Below the pieces are notes generated by a model that ran no database searches, was not told where the DNA came from, and worked only from the letters and a program-made list of their open reading frames with translations. A DNA stretch of 64,000 bases from a candidate division TM6 bacterium GW2011_GWF2_28_16 (lineage in GTDB: Bacteria > Patescibacteriota > Microgenomatia > UBA1400 > PJMF01), in the NCBI GenBank assembly GCA_001029715.1, contig CP011212.1, positions 3,407 through 67,406 on the forward strand. Reading direction: 5' to 3'. Made by a program: the position numbers and the translations under genes. Shown here one piece after another: positions 20,550-30,252 of this stretch. How positions within the stretch are numbered: position 1 is the stretch's first letter; each line of letters begins with the position of its first letter.

Positions 20550-21713
20550 TTAAACTGTCTTAGCGATAGCTTTTGTAACTTCAGACAATCCCTCATTGGT
20601 AAACATACTAAATAAGATCACATCGGTGTCTTTCTTAGTAAAATATGATCTAAAGGTATCTATCTGCTTAGGAGTGTATATATCTATCTTATTTATTGTC
20701 ACAATAGATCGTTTTTTGAGCATTTTTGGATCATAATCATTTAGTTCTTTTCTGAGTTGCTCATATTGCTCCCAAAGCATTTGTGCTTTTTTAGCATCAC
20801 TGATCTTCTCATCAAAAATAGTTTCTTCATCCAAATACAAAATGAACATTAAACTTTTACAGTTTTCGATATGACGCAAAAAGTCTAAACCCAAACCCTT
20901 GCCTTTGCTTGCCCCTTCAATTAAGCCTGGAATATCTGCTACTACTAGCTCTTCTTTGCTCTGACCAGAGCCAAGATACATAATTCCTAAGTTTGGCTCG
21001 ATGGTCGTAAATGGGTAATTGGCAATTTTCGGATTAGCTTTAGTTACTTTGGATAAAAAAGTGCTTTTGCCGGCATTTGGAAAACCAACTAAACCTAGAT
21101 CGGCTAGCAATTTAAGCTCTAATTGAACCAATTTTTGATCTCCAAAACCACCATAGCCCGCCTCCATGGGAGTTGTTTTAACTGAAGATTTAAAATGTAC
21201 GCTACCTCTCCCGCCTCTGCCACCATGACAGATGAGAAGTTCTTGATCAGCTTCTTTGAAAGTAATGATTTCTTCTTTTTCTTCTAAATATTGAAGTTGA
21301 TTGTCTGGATCGCGCAAAGGAATCCCCTGGTTCTCTTCTTCCAGATAATACTTACCACCATATAGAGCGTCGTCCTCGATTAGAGAGTTATTTCTTCTTT
21401 TGGCGGCAACTTTATTTTCAGCTAATAAATAAACAACGGTACCGATTGGCACTTCAATGACTTTAGCTTCGCCTTTTTCACCAAATTTCTTGCGACGGTC
21501 ACCATTCTGACCCCTAGTTGCCTCTATTCTCTTAAGACCCGCATAATCTCTTAGAGTAGTCATACCAGCCTTACTACGGATGATCACTGAGCCACCATCG
21601 CCACCATCGCCACCGTCTGGACCACCTTTGGTCACAAATTTCTCTCGACGGAATGATACTTTACCATCACCGCCATCACCTGCTGCTAAAGTTAGTTTGA
21701 CTAAATCGATCAT
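20550..21713 (-). CDS. obgE: GTPase Obg/CgtA
   Basis: AGDGGDG..FRREK..GGPDGGDGG Obg fold; GFPNAGKST, YPFTT, DIPG, NKID. Confidence 0.97.
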   Translation of the reverse strand: MIDLVKLTLAAGDGGDGKVSFRREKFVTKGGPDGGDGGDGGSVIIRSKAGMTTLRDYAGLKRIEATRGQNGDRRKKFGEKGEAKVIEVPIGTVVYLLAENKVAAKRRNNSLIEDDALYGGKYYLEEENQGIPLRDPDNQLQYLEEKEEIITFKEADQELLICHGGRGGRGSVHFKSSVKTTPMEAGYGGFGDQKLVQLELKLLADLGLVGFPNAGKSTFLSKVTKANPKIANYPFTTIEPNLGIMYLGSGQSKEELVVADIPGLIEGASKGKGLGLDFLRHIENCKSLMFILYLDEETIFDEKISDAKKAQMLWEQYEQLRKELNDYDPKMLKKRSIVTINKIDIYTPKQIDTFRSYFTKKDTDVILFSMFTNEGLSEVTKAIAKTV

Positions 21714-21772
21714 AGTTTCACCTTTATACTCTAATCTCAGTCACGTTCGACTAAAATTATTGCTTCTAATAC

Positions 21773-22939
21773 TTATTTCAAAAAGCTCAGAGGATTGAGT
21801 AAAGCTCCTCCTTGGCGAAGCTCAAAGTGCAAATGTGTACCAGTGCTACGACCAGTGCTTCCCATTTGGCCAAGAACATCGCCTCTTTTAACTCTTTGTC
21901 CTGCTACTACTTGTACTGTTGATAAATGTGCATATAAGGTCACATAGCCATTGCCATGGTCGACCACAACTCTATTGCCATAGCCAGAACTGTCCACCCA
22001 ACCAGCGGTAGTAACTACTCCTGCATCGGCAGCCAAAATTGGTCCAGCAGCACGATTAGCGATATCAATAGCTTTGTGAAAGAAACTATAACCCTGAGTG
22101 ATCCCACCTGAGGCTGGCCAGATAAAAGAACCTAAGGCAGAAACTGTACCCGCATCTGGAGTTAAACTACCATACTTAGTAGCTCCAGTATAACTACTCG
22201 GTAGTTTGACCTCTGCTTTTTCACCCTCTGGAACCATCAAATATTGTCCTACCACTAATTCAAAAGTCTCATCATTGAGAAATTCATTAAAAGGATAGTC
22301 AACAATCATCTGCACTTGAGAACCATCTAAGCCATATTTTTTACCGATTGAATAAATAGTTTCACCACGACCAACTTTGTGACGCACTCCATCAACTGGC
22401 AAAATACTTAATTCTTGACCCGGCTTAATTTTAGATTTATCAGTGAGATTATTTTCCCAAAGAATGGTGCTTGGTCTTAAACCATAGCGCTCTGCAATGC
22501 TAGAGATGGTTTCCCCATCCGAAACAATGTGACTGATAATTTCTCCACCGCGATACTGACGAACTTCTTCTGCCTGTGAAGTGTAAAAATCTGGAGCTGC
22601 GGCAGTAGCAGTTGAAAGAATAGGACTAGCCAAAACTTTTTGTTGTCCCTCACTATCTGATTTTGATAAAAAACTTGGTCCCAAAGTAACCATTAAAAAA
22701 GTCAGCCCAATGGTTCCAAAATGCAAAAAAGGCTTAGTATATTTACCTCTTTGCATATAAAGAACATCAACTAACTTATCTTTGAACTTTTCAAACCAAG
22801 AGAAAATCTTATAAATGCGATATTTAGCGTAGGTTCTAACAAAAATACCAAAAGCTCTCAGGTCTGCGAATAGCAAAGCCAAGCGGTTTGAAATTTTACC
22901 ACTTTTCCTGCCAGAATCATTTCTTATAAATAGAGCCAA
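21773..22939 (-). CDS. Membrane-anchored 2x LysM plus M23 metallopeptidase
   Basis: Two LysM units (HIVSDGETISSIA, HKVGRGETIYSI); HKAID, YAHL, HLHFE; TTG start. Confidence 0.93.
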   Translation of the reverse strand: MALFIRNDSGRKSGKISNRLALLFADLRAFGIFVRTYAKYRIYKIFSWFEKFKDKLVDVLYMQRGKYTKPFLHFGTIGLTFLMVTLGPSFLSKSDSEGQQKVLASPILSTATAAAPDFYTSQAEEVRQYRGGEIISHIVSDGETISSIAERYGLRPSTILWENNLTDKSKIKPGQELSILPVDGVRHKVGRGETIYSIGKKYGLDGSQVQMIVDYPFNEFLNDETFELVVGQYLMVPEGEKAEVKLPSSYTGATKYGSLTPDAGTVSALGSFIWPASGGITQGYSFFHKAIDIANRAAGPILAADAGVVTTAGWVDSSGYGNRVVVDHGNGYVTLYAHLSTVQVVAGQRVKRGDVLGQMGSTGRSTGTHLHFELRQGGALLNPLSFLK

Positions 22940-22940
22940 T

Positions 22941-24332
22941 TTAGCCTTTCAATGAAGCTAGGAATTCTTTATTACTGTCGCTTCTCTTGAGTTTTTCAAT
23001 CAAAGTAATAGTGCGTTCATCTTTGCCTAACATATCAAGCATACGATGAAGAGTAATTACAGATTGATAAGTTACAGGATCAATTAATAAGTCATCGCGA
23101 CGAGTTCCGGACTTCTGAGCATCGATAGCTGGATGGATGCGTCTCTCAGCTAAACTTCTATCCAAATGGATTTCTTGATTACCTGTACCCTTAAACTCTT
23201 CATAGACTAAATCATCCATTCTTGAACCAGTATCAACTAAGGCGGTTCCAACAATTGTCAAAGAACCCTGCACTTCAAAATTTCTGGCTGCGCCAAAAAA
23301 TTTCTTTGGTGGGAAAAGCGCTGCTGGATCAAAACCTCCAGATAAAGTGCGTCCAGAAGTTGGCATGGCTAAGTTGTATGCTCTAGCTAAACGAGTAATG
23401 GAATCAAGTAAAATCACCACATCTCTTCCAGTTTCTACTAATCTCTTGGCTCTTTCTAAAGCCAATTCAGCCACTCGACATTGATCGGTTGCTGCTTCAT
23501 CAAAATTACTGGCAGCAGTTTCACCTTTGCCCTTAGTTAAAAACTCTATATGACGGCGAATGTCTGTGACTTCTTCTGGTCTCTCACCTACCAAAACGGC
23601 CATTAGATGAATGTCTGGATTATTAGCAGCTACGCCAGTAGCGATATCTTTAAGCAAAGTAGTTTTACCTGCTTTTGGAGGAGAAACAATTAAACTACGC
23701 TGACCTTTGCCGATTGGAGCAATCATGTCAATAATGCGCAATGAAATTGGTTCTTTGCCTGTTTCTAATTTGATTAAGCTATCTGGATAAACTGGAGTAA
23801 GAGATTGAAATTTGACGCGATTTTTTCTTAAATAGTCATCAACTGAAAAACCATTGACCTTATCTACCTTGAGTAAACCCCAAAAACGTTCGTTGTCTTT
23901 TGGTCTTCTAGCTGGACCAGTAATTACATCTCCTGGACGGAGCTGCAAACGGCGAATTTGTGAAGTAGAGATATAAGCATCACGCTCAGATTCAGAGAAA
24001 CCAACACGTAAGATACCGTGCCCATCTCTAGACATATCCAAAATGCCTTCAATGGTTTCAGAAGGATCACTTAATTCTACAAAATTACTTCTGCTCACTT
24101 TGTGTCTGGTAATTCTTGGATTGTAATTGTTTTGCTGATTATCTCTTGAATCTCTCTGCTCCATTTTTTCTAATTGAGGCTGCTCTTCCGGCCGTGCTTG
24201 TTCTACTGTTTCCACTGGTGGAGCTGACTCTACTGGAACTTGTTCCACTGAAGATTCTTCTTTAACGTCTGCAGATTGCAACTCTTCAGCAAACAAATCA
24301 TTGGCGCTAGCGCTAGTTTTCTTAACTGGCAT
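22941..24332 (-). CDS. rho: Transcription termination factor Rho
   Basis: APIGKGQR, PPKAGKT, ERPEEVTD, LDSITRLARAYN, EEFKGTGN; acidic low-complexity N-terminal extension. Confidence 0.98.
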   Translation of the reverse strand: MPVKKTSASANDLFAEELQSADVKEESSVEQVPVESAPPVETVEQARPEEQPQLEKMEQRDSRDNQQNNYNPRITRHKVSRSNFVELSDPSETIEGILDMSRDGHGILRVGFSESERDAYISTSQIRRLQLRPGDVITGPARRPKDNERFWGLLKVDKVNGFSVDDYLRKNRVKFQSLTPVYPDSLIKLETGKEPISLRIIDMIAPIGKGQRSLIVSPPKAGKTTLLKDIATGVAANNPDIHLMAVLVGERPEEVTDIRRHIEFLTKGKGETAASNFDEAATDQCRVAELALERAKRLVETGRDVVILLDSITRLARAYNLAMPTSGRTLSGGFDPAALFPPKKFFGAARNFEVQGSLTIVGTALVDTGSRMDDLVYEEFKGTGNQEIHLDRSLAERRIHPAIDAQKSGTRRDDLLIDPVTYQSVITLHRMLDMLGKDERTITLIEKLKRSDSNKEFLASLKG

Positions 24333-24434
24333 AAAAATATTTAACCTTTCTTAATTTAAAAAAATACTGTTTTATCGTGGATCATATGAGATGGGTTTTT
24401 GGAAAGACATTTCGGGAAGTCAAAATACTCTACT

Positions 24435-24462
24435 ATTATGTCAAAAAAGCATTAAAAAGCAA
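24435..24462 (-). promoter_or_regulatory. Putative sigma70 promoter of the rho operon
   Basis: Minus strand reads TTGCTT-16 nt-CATAAT, with TG extended -10. Confidence 0.5.
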
Positions 24463-24477
24463 GCTTAAATCAAAAAC

Positions 24478-25203
24478 CTAAGGCAAACCGAAGGTTTCAC
24501 TATTGATACCTTTAGAATTTAATATATCTTTAAGAGCCTGGCCGTCGGTGGCAACATAGACTAAATCCCCCACATAAGCATAAAAATTGCCATAATTATC
24601 TCTGTAGCCATCAATTGTCGAATCAGTAAAAATTCTGGTAATATTGTAGTCATCATCTTTTACTGCAACAAAAACTCTGCCCTCTGCACCTGCCAAAGAC
24701 TCTCTGACCTGTCTAATGAAATTTTGACTAGTAATCTCCATATTTTGCCCAGCTTGAAAGCTATAAACACCTTCGACAATTTTTTCTAAAGGAAGTTTTT
24801 CTGCTGAGACTTCGGCGGCAACATCAGTTTGAGCATCTTCCATGGGAGTATTTAAATCTACTGTCATTTCTTCCATGGAATTAGCGTTATTGTTAAGTAT
24901 CAGCGCTCTATTTCTCTCTAAGTTATAGGCAAAATCTCTAATTTCATCTGAAGTATGACCCTCAGCAGCAAACCAGATCATTCCAGGATCACTGGACATC
25001 TCCGCTGACAATCCGGCAGCAGCAAGATCAGCTTTGGCATTCTTTTCAGCAGTCTTAATCATGCCGAAAGCAAAACCAGTCCCTAAAATAGCTAAGGTTA
25101 TAACTTGCTTGATTGCCACAGAACGCGGAGTTGAATCTTTTTTCTTTTCTAGAGACTTATTATTTCGATCAAAAACTTTATTTGGGTATTCTGTTCGATT
25201 CAT
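24478..25203 (-). CDS. Hypothetical single-pass membrane protein
   Basis: 241-aa ORF with TM segment VITLAILGTGFAFGMI; TATAAT 11 nt upstream on the minus strand. Confidence 0.7.
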   Translation of the reverse strand: MNRTEYPNKVFDRNNKSLEKKKDSTPRSVAIKQVITLAILGTGFAFGMIKTAEKNAKADLAAAGLSAEMSSDPGMIWFAAEGHTSDEIRDFAYNLERNRALILNNNANSMEEMTVDLNTPMEDAQTDVAAEVSAEKLPLEKIVEGVYSFQAGQNMEITSQNFIRQVRESLAGAEGRVFVAVKDDDYNITRIFTDSTIDGYRDNYGNFYAYVGDLVYVATDGQALKDILNSKGINSETFGLP

Positions 25204-25244
25204 ATATAGGAAAGATTATAAAGCAAAAAGGCGATAAAGAAAAC

Positions 25245-25305
25245 AAAAAACCCTATGCGAAAGCTCGGTTGCCTGCCCAACTACCGAGCCTTCACAAAGG
25301 GTTTT
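25245..25305 (-). terminator. Long GC-rich hairpin with U-tract on the minus strand (terminator or small RNA)
   Basis: AAAACCCT-T-TGTGAAGGCTCGGT pairs with ACCGAGCTTTCGCA-T-AGGGTTTT. G.U pairs form only on the minus strand; a T-run follows. Confidence 0.55.
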
Positions 25306-25349
25306 GAGATACTTTGATCCAAAAAAAACCACTTAAGTATAATTTACTA

Positions 25350-25522
25350 AATTGAGGGTGAATGATAACCTATAGACAATTAGTTATCTGAATAAGATAA
25401 CCATAAAACAAGCTACATTGTTATTCGTGATTCATCAGCGGTAATAATGTTCGCTATAATCCATCTTGTTTAGCTTCTTGTACTGCCTTTAAGAACAAGT
25501 TCTAAACGGGATGGATTTTTTT
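25350..25522 (+). ncRNA. Candidate structured ncRNA (three hairpins, terminal U-tract), family unassigned
   Basis: TTGATC-18 nt-TATAAT upstream (25314-25343). Hairpins GTTATCT/AGATAAC, ACATTGTTATT/GGTAATAATGT and AATCCATCTTGTTTAG/CTAAACGGGATGGATT, followed by a T-run. Confidence 0.45.
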
Positions 25523-25837
25523 ATTTGTCTAACAATCCTCACACTCTTTCCTTAGAAAAAGCTGAGAAAAACCACTCTCCCTCAATAAATTACTGCTTTA
25601 AAGAACTAAAGATTATTATATATAAGTTCATAATTTTTTCAATGATCAATCCTATCCTATAACTTTTTCTATGTCTTTTTCTAGCTATCCTATATTTTTA
25701 TATTTATAACTTTTATTGATGGATATTAGATTGTTTTCAACAAAAATATTGCTAAGAGCTTTTTTGTGTACAAAAAGGGATAACTTTAAAAAAACGAAAA
25801 AGATGTCATCTTCTCGACAATTTGCTATACTAGAAGG

Positions 25838-27982
25838 GTGTTAAAAAACCACATTCTACTTGAGATCAAAACTAGTAAAGACAGCGAAGAAACAGAAGAA
25901 ACAGCAGTTCAGCTTTTCTCTACTCTGCCAAAATTGAAAAACAATATTTTTGATAAACTTCTTGGCAAAGAAGAAGCTTTAAGTTTCGAAATATTGGTAC
26001 GCGAACAAAGCATTCACTTTTTGGCCCATATTCCTCTGCGTTTGCTCGAGTATTTTAAAGGTGCAATTCACGCTAGTTATCCAGAGGCTGTTATTTCTGA
26101 ATTGCAGTTTGATCCGGTAGATTTTTTCTTTGAACCAGATTCAGTGACTAGAGTTGCCAGTCTTAAATTAAAGAATAGCAGCTATTTACCTCTTAAAACT
26201 TATCAGGAATTCAAAGATATCGACCCACTTTCCACCCTAATGTCGACCCTATCTAAGAATGATGGCAAAGATACCATCCTTATTCAAATGATTTTAGACA
26301 ATGATAGTGAGTTTTTCCCCAAAAAAGGACATATCTCTGCTGAAAAATTGGAAGCTCATTCGCAAAAAAGCCTTATTCAAGAAAAAATGGATAAGAGATC
26401 GCTTAAAACTGCTTTCAAAATTGCCGTGACCACAGATGATCGTAAAAAAAGCAAACTGATTCTAGAAAATATTGCCGCTTCCTACCAAGCTATTACCCAA
26501 AGCGATAGTAATTCTCTTCGTTTAAGACATCGTTATTTTTTCAAAAAGAGTTTCCTAAAGAAAATGGCCAAGCGCAGTTTCAAAGCTTCTCCTCTTCTTA
26601 GCCTAAGTCTTGACGAAACTGCCACTCTTTTTCATTTGCCAAATAAAAAATTAGCTAATATTCACAACATTTCTTGGGGTAAAAAAATCTTAGGTGAAGC
26701 TCCAGAAAGATTACCCGTGGTTGACCGAGATACTCCAGACGAGATTAAAAATGATATTAATGTAATTGCCGAAACCGTTTTCAAGAACAGAAGCACTAAA
26801 TATGGCTTATTGCGTAGCGATCGCCGCCGTCATGTCTATGTCATTGGAAAAACTGGCACTGGTAAGTCCACTCTTTTAGCCAACATGGCTATTAATGATC
26901 TCAAGCATAATGAGGGCATGTGTGTCATCGATCCCCATGGCGATTTAGTGGAAACTTTACTCGATTACATTCCAAAACATCGTATTAACGATGTTGTCTA
27001 TTTTGATCCTTCTGATCAAGACAGAACTGTGCAGATTAACCTTTTTGAGGGTGAGAACGTGGTTCACCGCGAGTTAATTGCTTCGGGAATTATTTCGGTT
27101 TTTCAGAAGCTTTATAGCTATTCTTGGGGTCCAAGACTTGAATATATCTTGCGCAACTGTCTTTTAACTCTACTTAAAAGCAAAGAATCAAAGCTTTCCG
27201 ATGTTCTTGAACTACTAACTAACAAAAACTTCCGCGATAAAATCGTTGAAAATCTCGACGACCCAATCTTAAAAAGCTTTTGGGTTAATGAATATAACAA
27301 AATGCAAGATCGCCAACGCCAAGAATCAATTGCCTCCATTCTCAACAAGGTTGGCCAATTTGTCTCTTCACCAATCGTTCGCAATGTAGTTAACACCAAC
27401 CAATCTTCCTTTAGTATTGAAGAATTGATGGCTCAGGGCAAGATTTTGCTAGTCAACTTATCTCAAGGTCGCTTGGGTGAAGATAATGCCACTCTACTCG
27501 GCGCAATGATGATTACCAAAATTCAATTGGCTGCCATGGCTAGAGTCAATGTTGAAGAAAAAGATCGCAGAGATTTCTATTTATATGTCGATGAGTTCCA
27601 AAATTTTGCTACTGATGCTTTTATCAAAATTCTCTCTGAGGCTCGCAAATATCACCTCAACTTAACCTTGGCTAACCAATATATCGATCAGATTCCTGAA
27701 GAAGTTAGACAGGCTATTTTTGGCAACTGTGGAAACATCATTAGTTTCGTAATGGGTGCTGGCGATGCGACCTATTTCCAGGCAGAATACGGCGGTCTTT
27801 ACACTCAGGATGACCTACTTAATCTAGATAAATATCAAATTATTAATAAAATTTCCATCGATAACGTGCTTAGTCGCCCATTCCCAGCCTACACCCTTAA
27901 TTTAGCGAAGAGCAGCAATCAAAATCGTGAAAAAGTAATCCGCAATAGCCGTGAACGGTATGCGAAAAAGAGAAATTTATAA
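25838..27982 (+). CDS. VirD4/TraD/TrwB-like type IV coupling ATPase (CPR type)
   Basis: DRRRHVYVIGKTGTGKST Walker A, IDPHGD, WGPRLE, LYVDEFQNF Walker B, SEARKY, ANQY. Confidence 0.9.
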   Translation: MLKNHILLEIKTSKDSEETEETAVQLFSTLPKLKNNIFDKLLGKEEALSFEILVREQSIHFLAHIPLRLLEYFKGAIHASYPEAVISELQFDPVDFFFEPDSVTRVASLKLKNSSYLPLKTYQEFKDIDPLSTLMSTLSKNDGKDTILIQMILDNDSEFFPKKGHISAEKLEAHSQKSLIQEKMDKRSLKTAFKIAVTTDDRKKSKLILENIAASYQAITQSDSNSLRLRHRYFFKKSFLKKMAKRSFKASPLLSLSLDETATLFHLPNKKLANIHNISWGKKILGEAPERLPVVDRDTPDEIKNDINVIAETVFKNRSTKYGLLRSDRRRHVYVIGKTGTGKSTLLANMAINDLKHNEGMCVIDPHGDLVETLLDYIPKHRINDVVYFDPSDQDRTVQINLFEGENVVHRELIASGIISVFQKLYSYSWGPRLEYILRNCLLTLLKSKESKLSDVLELLTNKNFRDKIVENLDDPILKSFWVNEYNKMQDRQRQESIASILNKVGQFVSSPIVRNVVNTNQSSFSIEELMAQGKILLVNLSQGRLGEDNATLLGAMMITKIQLAAMARVNVEEKDRRDFYLYVDEFQNFATDAFIKILSEARKYHLNLTLANQYIDQIPEEVRQAIFGNCGNIISFVMGAGDATYFQAEYGGLYTQDDLLNLDKYQIINKISIDNVLSRPFPAYTLNLAKSSNQNREKVIRNSRERYAKKRNL

Positions 27983-29398
27983 TTGTTTCTCTTTTCCTAA
28001 CAAGTTTAAATCTTTTAACAAGCTTCTAATATCTCTATGTGTCTCTCGTGAAATAATTTTCTCAAAGCCTAACCTTCGGGCTTCTTTGGCTCTCCTCTCA
28101 AAATATGGGCTTTTTCTTATCTCTCCAAGCAGACCGATCTCACCAATAAAAACAGTACTTTGAGGTATTTTTTTACCCGAAAGTGAGCTTGCTATGGAGA
28201 CCGCTAGACCCAAATCCACGCTGGCTTCTTTGATACGAAAACCACCTGCTACACTCAAGAAAATGTCATAGAAAGCCAAGGGCAACTGAGCGTGCTTTTG
28301 CAAAACCGCTGATAAAACTTGAATACGAGCTAAATCCACTCCTCTGCCCACTCTGCGTGGCATGGCTAATTGCGACTTCACCACCAACGCCTGCACTTCC
28401 GCAAGCAAGGGACGAGTGCCTTCCATCAAACAAACGGTTGCCGCACCAGTCACCATTTGATTGGTGTTTTCCAAAAACAATTCACTAGGATTGCTAATCT
28501 CTCGAAGTCCATAGTCTTCGCTTTGAAAAAGACCAACTTCATCAGTCGCTCCAAAGCGATTTTTTAGCGATCTAAGGATACGTAATTGGTCGGATCTTTC
28601 GCCCTCCAGTAGCAATACTGTATCAACCATGTGTTCAAAAACCTTAGGTCCTGCAATTACTCCATCTTTGGTAATATGACCAATTAAAAAAGTAGGGATC
28701 CCGAAAGCTTTTACGGTATTAATAATGCGATCAGCTACTTCCCTGATTTGTCCCACACTACCACTCGCTCCAGTCAAGAAGCTAGTCGATAATGACTGAA
28801 TACTATCAACGATTAAAAGATCCGGTTTTTCTTTTTTGATCAAGAAATTCAGTTCATCAGCATCAGTAGTAGTGATAAAAACCAGACTTTCACCAATCTC
28901 TTCTCTAGAATAAGTATTGTGTTCATTATCTAAAAATCGATCTATTCTCAGTGATATTTGACTAGGACTTTCTTCACCAGCTACATAGAAAATCTTTAGA
29001 TCATCCATTTTCTTTACTGCTTTCTTTCGTTCAAGCATAATCTGCAGAATCATTTGGGTTAAAAGGGTCGATTTGCCAATTCCCGGTTCACCACCCAATA
29101 GAACTACCATTCCTTCAACCAAACCGCCACCCAAAACCCGATCCAACTCACCAATGCTAGTAGAAAAACGCTGTTTTGCGGCGTTACTGCGCTTCACTTG
29201 AGAGAAAACTACTCTTTTTTTACTAATTTCCTCTTCACTGAGACTGTTGTTGGTTCTCAATCTACGAGTCGTCTCTTCAGCCGGCGTGATTTCTTCAACC
29301 AGCGTATTCCAGCTACCACATTCGCCACACTGCCCCATCCACTTAGGAAAAGTGGCTGCACAGTTTTGACAACGAAATAAAGATTTTGCTTTAGCCAT
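27977..29398 (-). CDS. radA: DNA repair protein RadA/Sms
   Basis: C4 zinc finger, GEPGIGKST, KNRFG motif, Lon-like C-terminus. Confidence 0.97.
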   Translation of the reverse strand: MAKAKSLFRCQNCAATFPKWMGQCGECGSWNTLVEEITPAEETTRRLRTNNSLSEEEISKKRVVFSQVKRSNAAKQRFSTSIGELDRVLGGGLVEGMVVLLGGEPGIGKSTLLTQMILQIMLERKKAVKKMDDLKIFYVAGEESPSQISLRIDRFLDNEHNTYSREEIGESLVFITTTDADELNFLIKKEKPDLLIVDSIQSLSTSFLTGASGSVGQIREVADRIINTVKAFGIPTFLIGHITKDGVIAGPKVFEHMVDTVLLLEGERSDQLRILRSLKNRFGATDEVGLFQSEDYGLREISNPSELFLENTNQMVTGAATVCLMEGTRPLLAEVQALVVKSQLAMPRRVGRGVDLARIQVLSAVLQKHAQLPLAFYDIFLSVAGGFRIKEASVDLGLAVSIASSLSGKKIPQSTVFIGEIGLLGEIRKSPYFERRAKEARRLGFEKIISRETHRDIRSLLKDLNLLGKEKQL

Positions 29399-29400
29399 AA

Positions 29401-29718
29401 TTATTTTGCCTCAATGCTACCCACAAAAAGGGTGTCACCACTATATTGACCGCTAACCGTCACAGATTGACCAAGGTAATCTATGAGGTTAATTGCATAG
29501 CTATCAATTTCTTTTGGAGTTTGACCAGACTCCTGCAAATAAAAAACTCCTCCACTGCTAGAAACAGTTCCAGTCTTCGTAGTTGTACCAGTCTTTTGAG
29601 TAGTTGTTGAAGATGTGCTTGGATTTTTTTGGGCAGATTTTTTGGCGTTTTGAATCCAAAGAAAAGCTCCGCCCGCCAAAACTATAAATACCACGATCAT
29701 TAAAACAAATTTTTTCAT
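29401..29718 (-). CDS. Small membrane-anchored hypothetical protein (Thr-rich linker, possible OB-like domain)
   Basis: N-terminal hydrophobic helix; tightly packed with radA and the upstream gene. Confidence 0.7.
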   Translation of the reverse strand: MKKFVLMIVVFIVLAGGAFLWIQNAKKSAQKNPSTSSTTTQKTGTTTKTGTVSSSGGVFYLQESGQTPKEIDSYAINLIDYLGQSVTVSGQYSGDTLFVGSIEAK

Positions 29719-30194
29719 TAAATCCCTTTCTTTTTTAACTTTGTCATTATTTTACTAGATGAAAGTGCAGGATTAAAATCATGAACTACGGTTAATTTAC
29801 CACCAAACTCAGCTAAAATAGTCGCTTTTTCGGCTTGAAAAGCTGTGTTAGAAGATACGGCCATAAAATCTGGTCTTATTTCAGCAATTAATTTGCGATG
29901 ATCCTCTGCTCTGGAAAATTCCTCTGGCAAAATAAAAATAAAGTCAGCCAGCTCCCATTTATTCAAATTTTCCAAGCGCTGTACTTGATTATTGATTGGT
30001 CGGTCTTCACCTTTCATCTGCTTAACACGCAAGTCAGATTCTATACCAATGATAAGTAAATCTGCTAATTTTTTAGCTTTTTGCAAAAAAAGATGGTGTT
30101 CTTCATGTAATAAATCAAAAACCCCAGTCACTAAAGTTAAGCTTTGTTTTTTTGCTTTTCTTTTTGCCAAAAAATTATCTAACTCTTGATTCAT
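29718..30194 (-). CDS. Cytidyltransferase-like nucleotidyltransferase (RfaE domain II / TagD family)
   Basis: Start corrected to MNQELD. TGVFDLLHEEH, GIESD..KGEDRPIN..R, C-terminal SSSKI. Confidence 0.8.
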   Translation of the reverse strand: MNQELDNFLAKRKAKKQSLTLVTGVFDLLHEEHHLFLQKAKKLADLLIIGIESDLRVKQMKGEDRPINNQVQRLENLNKWELADFIFILPEEFSRAEDHRKLIAEIRPDFMAVSSNTAFQAEKATILAEFGGKLTVVHDFNPALSSSKIMTKLKKKGI

Positions 30195-30252
30195 GTTTAT
30201 CTTTTTGATACCCAAGTTTAACATGTGAGAACTTTGAAGTACAATCAATCTT

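Noticed and set aside
25640-25790. DnaA-box-like words as a second origin
   Set aside because: Only degenerate matches in very AT-rich DNA and no trios; a convincing oriC lies at 59213-59520.
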